DNA of 17,568 nt from a virus (Duplodnaviria; Heunggongvirae; Uroviricota; Caudoviricetes): positions 110,771 to 128,338 of IMG/VR virus record IMGVR_UViG_2974624538_000001. One strand, written 5' to 3'. Of the stretch, positions 12,490 to 17,568 are shown piece by piece. The notes beneath the pieces were generated by a model. That model had not been told where the DNA came from. It did no database searches and saw nothing but the letters and a program-made list of their open reading frames with translations. Numbering within the stretch: the stretch's first letter is position 1; each line of letters starts with the position of its first letter. Position numbers and translations under genes: made by a program.

Positions 12490-13209
12490 ATGTCGGAAAA
12501 GCTCGGTTCTCAGAGTGAGGCAGACGAGATTTTCGGTTTCGTGGTCAAGTGGCTTTCCTGGAAGGAAATGGAAAACAACAACTACTATGCCCGGCGCGCG
12601 TTCGAGTGGCACGCGGAAGAAATGGCGGCATGGGAGGATGAGCAAAAGCGCATTGCGGCCGGTGAATATGTTTACTGGCCGATGGAAAAGCCGCACCGTT
12701 TGGTGGTGAGCTACCCCTACGGTCCGAATGTGGAAGAGCCGCAAATGCCGGAAGGGTGGAAGTACCTTGCGGCGGGCGTCTCGCGTCGTGCCTACCTTTC
12801 CCCCACGGGAGTTGTTTACAAGGTTCAGAAGGACCCTGGGAGCGACTATCAGGGGAACAAGGGTGAGCACGAAACGGCGGAGCGCGTGCGGAAGTCTGGC
12901 AGCGTCCGGGGGGCTTACATTCCCCGCACGTCGCTTTACAAGGTTCCGGGGTCATGGGTTATCGCCCTGGAATACATGCCGGGTATTCGCGGTGACCACC
13001 ACTGGGATTCCTGCCGTAGCACTTCCTATTACGGGGAGGACACCGGACGGAAGTGCACTTGCATGTTCCCCGGTGCGGTCCGTTGTTCGGCCCGTATCAA
13101 GTCTGAGTTGCGAAACAAGTTGGGACTTTCCGACTTGCACTCAGAAAACGTTCTGTGGGTTCCCTCTCAGCGCGTTTGGGCGGTAGTCGATTTGGGATTG
13201 GCCAACTAA
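12490..13209 (+). CDS. Minimal protein-kinase-like protein, copy 2, ~239 aa with N-terminal extension
   Basis: YLAAGVSR, VVYK, EHE, IALEYM, DLHSEN and VVDLG; GAAAGGG SD before ATG 12490 (ATG 12568 is an alternative). Confidence 0.85.
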   Translation: MSEKLGSQSEADEIFGFVVKWLSWKEMENNNYYARRAFEWHAEEMAAWEDEQKRIAAGEYVYWPMEKPHRLVVSYPYGPNVEEPQMPEGWKYLAAGVSRRAYLSPTGVVYKVQKDPGSDYQGNKGEHETAERVRKSGSVRGAYIPRTSLYKVPGSWVIALEYMPGIRGDHHWDSCRSTSYYGEDTGRKCTCMFPGAVRCSARIKSELRNKLGLSDLHSENVLWVPSQRVWAVVDLGLAN

Positions 13210-13279
13210 GCCATTCTGTGGCTTTAGGGGTGCTCACTCGAAAGGGTGAGCACACCCTATGGACTCACAGAAAGGATGA

Positions 13280-13744
13280 ATGACAGTGAGTTTCAATCCG
13301 GCTGAGAAAGTCAGTCTGTGGAATTACGCCGTGGAAATCGAGTATTCGGAAGGGACTAACCCTCTCATCCGTTCGGCTTTCTTCGGTACGGCAAAGGATG
13401 CGGCTGCATTCCTTGACGGTTTCGACTACTCGAACGGTGACGTTTTCGGGTGGTCGGGAGATTCCGCAACGCTGGAAGCAATCCAGAGTTACCGAAAGGG
13501 TGACGACGTGCGAGCAATTCCGGAATTCATCACGGAATACGACGTGAACGACGAAACCGATTCGGGCCGTGCAATCGGGGCGGACGAATTCAATCGTCTG
13601 TTTCGGATGTTCCACCGAAAGAACGGTTTCACCGTTCGTCGGTGGGCAGTGCCGGACGGACACGTTTACGCCGTGATGTTCAACGGTGAGTTGTCCGGCG
13701 CAATGTGGCACGTGCCGGAAAGCGCGGATTGCATCATCATGTAA
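13280..13744 (+). CDS. Hypothetical protein, 154 aa
   Basis: GAAAGGA SD; bounded by intergenic hairpins. Confidence 0.82.
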   Translation: MTVSFNPAEKVSLWNYAVEIEYSEGTNPLIRSAFFGTAKDAAAFLDGFDYSNGDVFGWSGDSATLEAIQSYRKGDDVRAIPEFITEYDVNDETDSGRAIGADEFNRLFRMFHRKNGFTVRRWAVPDGHVYAVMFNGELSGAMWHVPESADCIIM

Positions 13745-13832
13745 GAGCCTTTCAGTCTCGATAGGGAAAGGGGGTGGTTACCTTGCGACGTAGGCGCAAG
13801 CGCAAATTACCCAACGACTGAAAGGAAAAGGA

Positions 13833-14069
13833 ATGCGGGAATATCTCGTCTGGAATGAATCCGGCGACTTGCTTTCGGGACCACACCGGAAGCGAGAAAC
13901 GGCGGAAAGGATGGAAGCTAAGTTCATTGCGGAATGTGCGGCGGAATGCGGCACTGACGGAATGGACGAAAACGGAAACGGTAATTTCGCGTGCGGGGTG
14001 CTTTCTCCGCACGGAATCCACATTCAAGTGACGGAAGGTGGATACGACATTACCGGGCACGATTACTGA
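13833..14069 (+). CDS. Hypothetical acidic protein, 78 aa
   Basis: GAAAGGA SD; bounded by hairpins. Confidence 0.78.
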   Translation: MREYLVWNESGDLLSGPHRKRETAERMEAKFIAECAAECGTDGMDENGNGNFACGVLSPHGIHIQVTEGGYDITGHDY

Positions 14070-14150
14070 CGCTAGGGCGTCCGGGCATTCGCAACTGTCG
14101 TTGTGAGTGTCCGAATGTCCTAAGGGTTAGGGCATTGAAAGGGGTATGAC

Positions 14151-14324
14151 ATGCGTACGGTTACGGTTGACGGTCGGTCCGGCATCATCACGGGGCGCGG
14201 CATGGGTCCGAACGATGGCAAGGTGTTCGTTCTGTTCGATGGGGACGACACGGCCGAATCGTCGGCCCGTTGGGTGTCTGTTGAGTCGGTCATGGTGACC
14301 GGAACCCTTCCGGCATCGTTCTAG
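14151..14324 (+). CDS. Hypothetical 57-aa protein, possibly an SH3-like barrel (MRTVTVDGRSGIITGRGMGPNDGKVFVLFDGDDTAESSARWVSVESV...)
   Basis: GAAAGGGG SD; fills the gap between two hairpins; not in the ORF track. Confidence 0.72.
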   Translation: MRTVTVDGRSGIITGRGMGPNDGKVFVLFDGDDTAESSARWVSVESVMVTGTLPASF

Positions 14325-14424
14325 GCCCGTGGGGACCGTTCTAAGCGACTCGGAACGGTCCCCCGGTCCATCGGTCCAACCAACCCACGTTAGGCGCTCA
14401 CAGGGGCGCACAGGAGGTTTCAGG

Positions 14425-14670
14425 GTGTCCAGCACTCCCAACGGTCACGTTGTCCGTTTCGAGATTCCGGGATTCGGAGTGACTAAGTTCCGGCCGGAAG
14501 TATTCGAAAAGCTTTACCGAAAGCTCATGAACAATCCGGTTTCAATGACCGTGGAAAATCTGCGTTTCCACGGTTTCGACCTTGCGGTTATGAATCGACC
14601 GCATGACGAACTGTCCAAGCTCGAATGGATTGCTATTTGGGGCGAATGCTCCGGTAAGGGTTTGGATTGA
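14425..14670 (+). CDS. Hypothetical protein, 81 aa
   Basis: AGGAGG SD before GTG 14425; the track start at 14329 lies in the hairpin. Confidence 0.75.
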   Translation: MSSTPNGHVVRFEIPGFGVTKFRPEVFEKLYRKLMNNPVSMTVENLRFHGFDLAVMNRPHDELSKLEWIAIWGECSGKGLD

Positions 14671-14760
14671 GCGTTTAGCCGCTCTAGTCATTCTCGGGAT
14701 TCCCGAGTTTGGCTAAATCGGCTGAAAGCAAAGCCGAGAATTCCACGAAAGGGAATTACT

Positions 14761-15318
14761 GTGATTGGCAACGCACGTGACGCGGAAATGATTCGCAACT
14801 ACGTTGTTAACTCGCGGATTGTGCGGGAAGAGCGCTCGAATTACGAATGTGGCTATTTCATCGGCCCCGTTCGCAAGCGTCCTTCCCGCCCGGAAGGATG
14901 GAAGCGCGTAGGCGGCGGGTGTTTCCGTTCTGCGTGGCTTTCCCCGGACGGCGTGATTTACAAGGTGGAACACGCTTACGGTGGTTACGGGCAGTCGAAT
15001 TCGGAGGAATACGAAAACGTCGTCCGAATCCTCACGGGGAACAAGTCACACCCTTACGTGTCCATTCCGCGAGTGACCTATTACGCCCTTGACGGGCGGG
15101 GGGTTATCGCAATGGAGTACGTGAACGGGGAAGAGCCCGGATACTGCCACGGGTGCGGAAGTGGTTACCGCCACTGCACCACTAAGGTTCGGGGCAAGTG
15201 CATTAATCAGATTTACGCGGAAATCGAAAAGGAATTCGGCCTTTTCGACATGCATTCCGGAAACATCATGTTCATTCCGGAACAAGAGCGTTTCGTCGTT
15301 ATCGACATTGGCGCTTAG
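14761..15318 (+). CDS. Minimal protein-kinase-like protein, copy 3, 185 aa
   Basis: RVGGGCFR, VIYK, EYE, IAMEYV, DMHSGN and VIDIG; GAAAGGG SD. Confidence 0.85.
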   Translation: MIGNARDAEMIRNYVVNSRIVREERSNYECGYFIGPVRKRPSRPEGWKRVGGGCFRSAWLSPDGVIYKVEHAYGGYGQSNSEEYENVVRILTGNKSHPYVSIPRVTYYALDGRGVIAMEYVNGEEPGYCHGCGSGYRHCTTKVRGKCINQIYAEIEKEFGLFDMHSGNIMFIPEQERFVVIDIGA

Positions 15319-15397
15319 ACGTCTAGTGATTGGCAGGCTTGTTTAGCTGCCTTTCGCTAAATGCCTAAGGGTTAGGCAGGAAAAGGGGAAATGAAGA

Positions 15398-15733
15398 ATG
15401 ACGGTAAAGCTTGGTATGTACGGCAAGGGTCGCACTTCCTGGATTGACTTCCGGGATGTGATTCTGTCGGGTGAGGCTTTCACCATTTCTTCCGGCACGT
15501 TCTACGGCGGTCCGTGCAAGGATGCGTCCCATTTGGAAATGGGACGGATGCCGCAGGATGAGCGGGAAAACTTCCGCGCACTCGGCCCGGAAATCAGTTA
15601 CGTGATTTACAGCTATGCGACTCCGATTGCATGGCACGTGCGCAATGTCGGATGGTTCCGCACGAATGCGGGACACAGCAACACGACAAAGCGTCACATG
15701 GGGAAGCTGTGCGGAATTGAGTTCGTCGGCTAA
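15398..15733 (+). CDS. Conserved-looking phage hypothetical protein, 111 aa (YSYATPIAW...W...SNTTKRH)
   Basis: The motif resembles a family of unknown function common in actinophages (from memory); purine-rich SD. Confidence 0.8.
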   Translation: MTVKLGMYGKGRTSWIDFRDVILSGEAFTISSGTFYGGPCKDASHLEMGRMPQDERENFRALGPEISYVIYSYATPIAWHVRNVGWFRTNAGHSNTTKRHMGKLCGIEFVG

Positions 15734-15822
15734 ACGGTTCGGGTTACGGTATTCCGGGCGGGTGTTCGGAATACCGTTTTCCCAATCCGCTTAGAGTGAG
15801 TGGATTAGAGAGGGATAAAGCT

Positions 15823-16203
15823 ATGGGACACATTTTCGCTTTCATGACCGGGACTGCCGTTTCTCTTGACGGTGGGGAGGATGAGAGGGAAGAGCGTCAC
15901 GGCTGGATTGACAAGGAATGGAGCATGACCGTTCTGCACGAATCCCGGAACGACGTTGCTCCGCTGGTTTCCGTTGACGAGTCGGACACGGAAACTCTCA
16001 CGGATGAAATCCGGGATGTGTTGGGGGATGGTTCCCTGTGGGATGACAACGGGGACGGCTCTTTCTATTCACAGGGTGAGTCCGTGGAAGACGGCTACGC
16101 ATGGACGTACGCCGTGCATTTCAAGCGCAAGGGTGGCGCGTCTGAGGGATTCGCGGAGACGGATTGGCACCCTGAGACGGACGGCGGTATTTCTCTCGTC
16201 TGA
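15823..16203 (+). CDS. Highly acidic hypothetical protein, 126 aa
   Basis: GAGGGA SD before ATG 15823; about 29 D/E versus 8 K/R by hand count. Confidence 0.8.
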   Translation: MGHIFAFMTGTAVSLDGGEDEREERHGWIDKEWSMTVLHESRNDVAPLVSVDESDTETLTDEIRDVLGDGSLWDDNGDGSFYSQGESVEDGYAWTYAVHFKRKGGASEGFAETDWHPETDGGISLV

Positions 16204-16321
16204 GAGGCATACAGCCGCTAGGCAGTAGGTTGGTACATAGGTCGCTACAAAAAGGGCCTGTGTGCCTTCCTACGGCACCCGGAAACCGTTCCGGGTGTCT
16301 GGCCTAGGGAAGGGGTTAAAC

Positions 16322-16738
16322 GTGGCTCTCACGGGCGTACACGCGTGCTCGAACGGCTACCCGCACCGGAACGGGGAGTGTGGTTTCACTCCGCTGTCTG
16401 TGCGGGGGGTGAGTATGTGTCAGTGCGGCGGATATCCGGCGACTACCGTGCAAGGTGACTGCACGGTGTGCGGTGCGGGATATTACGAAACAATGGAAGA
16501 ATACCGGGCCGCTATTCCCCCGGTAGATTCCGGGCGGGTGGAAAAGGAATTCCCCATTACCATTACCGCCTATAGGGGAAACAAGGAAGTAAAGGTAAGC
16601 GGTATTCGGGAAGACTCGGTAAGGGCAAAGGTGGATAGGGACGGTAATTGCAATCTGTCCTTTGAGTTTGCCGATAACCCGGACCGAATCGGTTACCTTC
16701 CTTGCGTGGATTGGTACGAAACCGAATGTGAGTGGTAG
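16322..16738 (+). CDS. Cys-rich hypothetical protein, ~138 aa
   Basis: GGAAGGGG SD before GTG 16322 (ATG 16415 is an alternative); CQCG and CTVC. Confidence 0.72.
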   Translation: MALTGVHACSNGYPHRNGECGFTPLSVRGVSMCQCGGYPATTVQGDCTVCGAGYYETMEEYRAAIPPVDSGRVEKEFPITITAYRGNKEVKVSGIREDSVRAKVDRDGNCNLSFEFADNPDRIGYLPCVDWYETECEW

Positions 16739-16802
16739 AAAAGCACTACACACTAGAGAGAAAGGACAGCCTATCGAATATCGATAGATTGAGAGGGTAA
16801 TA

Positions 16803-16877
16803 GTGCGGCAATTCAAAAGGCCGCATTTAATAGGTAATTCGGCTAAAAAGCCTGCAAATGCAAGGGAAAAGGCATGA
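16803..16877 (+). CDS. Possible 24-aa basic peptide (MRQFKRPHLIGNSAKKPANAREKA)
   Basis: GAGAGGG SD, GTG start, ATGA coupling to the next ORF; the short length makes it uncertain. Confidence 0.35.
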   Translation: MRQFKRPHLIGNSAKKPANAREKA

Positions 16878-16963
16878 AAACGGCTGCATTTCTCGCAATT
16901 CTCGGGGTTTCTCTGTGCATCCTGTATATCAGGGGTGCATATACGGTAATTACAGGAGGGTAG
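16874..16963 (+). CDS. Membrane micropeptide, 29 aa (MKTAAFLAILGVSLCILYIRGAYTVITGG)
   Basis: AAGGGA SD; hydrophobic; its end carries the AGGAGG SD of the next gene. Confidence 0.55.
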   Translation: MKTAAFLAILGVSLCILYIRGAYTVITGG

Positions 16964-16967
16964 ATAT

Positions 16968-17249
16968 ATGGGGTGTGCTATTCAGTGGGTATCAAGGAAG
17001 GGGAATGGGGGTGTTATCTATGGGGGATATGTAGTCAATGACGGTACTCACATTGTCTTTGTGGATACCCGGTCTAAGGGGAATACCCGCCCGCTTTATC
17101 TATATCTAGGTAAGGGGGATGACCTAAAGGGTATGGCTGTATATAGGGAATCGGCATTCATCATGCCGGATGTTCTCTTGAATGCAGCCCAATACAATAC
17201 CCTTGTTGCCTCTATGGATGACAGTAAGACTAGGTCATTCAAAGGGTAA
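16968..17249 (+). CDS. Hypothetical protein, 93 aa
   Basis: AGGAGG SD; locally more AT-rich codon usage. Confidence 0.68.
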   Translation: MGCAIQWVSRKGNGGVIYGGYVVNDGTHIVFVDTRSKGNTRPLYLYLGKGDDLKGMAVYRESAFIMPDVLLNAAQYNTLVASMDDSKTRSFKG

Positions 17250-17442
17250 TGAGTCTGAAGAAAACCCGCGAGAAATCCGGGCAGAAAAGATTCAGCATTA
17301 TGGGGAGGTTGCATCCTTTGCGGGTAGGGGTGTGCTTTTCGTTGGCACAATGGGAATCGCTGCAATTTCGGCAATAGCTATCATCATTGCTGGATTGCTT
17401 TTCATCCTGGGAATTGTGTTCCAAGCTTTCTCGGCATTCTAG
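17218..17442 (+). CDS. Small membrane protein, start uncertain (17182 or 17218)
   Basis: Long C-terminal hydrophobic helix; no clear SD; overlaps the previous ORF. Confidence 0.55.
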   Translation: MTVRLGHSKGNESEENPREIRAEKIQHYGEVASFAGRGVLFVGTMGIAAISAIAIIIAGLLFILGIVFQAFSAF

Positions 17443-17443
17443 A

Positions 17444-17547
17444 GAGGAATTCTTTTAGGGGACCCGGCGATAAATTCAATGGGTCCCCCGGAATTCTTTT
17501 TCAATTGCGAATGCAATTGTTTATGGGCGCACTAATTGCGAATGCAA
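17444..17547. repeat. Inverted repeat (GGGACCC/GGGTCCC flanked by GAATTC) and two copies of AATTGCGAATGCAA
   Basis: 14-mers at 17503-17516 and 17534-17547; the first sits within CAATTGC/GCAATTG. Confidence 0.7.
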
Positions 17548-17568
17548 ATTCGAATTGCCGGCCTATAT

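Larger units (their letters stand above)
11591..16298 (+). other. Long imperfect intergenic hairpins in nearly every gene gap (terminator or RNase III-like sites)
   Basis: Stems at 11591-11636, 12134-12159, 12411-12438, 13214-13272, 13748-13825, 14073-14122, 14331-14363, 14674-14717, 15746-15777, 16232-16266 and 16275-16298; many G-U pairs, no AAGCTT, no clear U-tracts. Confidence 0.75.

Noticed and set aside
10320-13755. Exact 14-mer TAAGAGCCTTTCAG at 10320 and 13742
   Set aside because: One 14-mer match is expected by chance roughly half the time in a window this long.
11283-16738. Apparent depletion of CCAG in the right-hand block
   Set aside because: Noticed only by eye, the complement CTGG is common, and many k-mers were implicitly tested; it needs a proper count.

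Overview
This window looks like the accessory/early region of a large lytic actinobacterial phage, most likely infecting Streptomyces. The host assignment is an inference from HrdB-type promoters and an rRNA-leader-like segment. All credible genes are on the + strand, in three blocks. (1) 1-9600: about 30 short genes, including an NlpC/P60 hydrolase, HNH endonuclease, metallophosphoesterase, SprT-like protease, a minimal kinase and a lipoprotein. They are organised as cassettes by 18-19 copies of a variable-stem hairpin followed directly by (A/T)AGCT(T), usually with a TTGACN-17/18-TANNNT promoter and an AAGGAG ribosome-binding site (SD). This block also holds a non-coding locus (6.3-6.67 kb) with a tRNA-like RNA whose anticodon arm is replaced by a GNRA mini-hairpin, and it ends at a strong intrinsic terminator. 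(2) 9600-11280: non-coding control DNA with tandem repeats, palindromes, three perfect DnaA boxes, a perfect CRP-type site, a segment resembling an actinobacterial rRNA-operon promoter/boxB/boxA leader, and a ~250-nt structured RNA. No rRNA gene follows it. (3) 11283-17442: a second operon of small genes separated by long G-U-rich hairpins, with two more copies of the minimal Cys-rich kinase. Leading hypothesis: the phage borrows host rRNA antitermination and processing to express a long early operon. No database searches or folding programs were run; all alignments and structures were read by eye.
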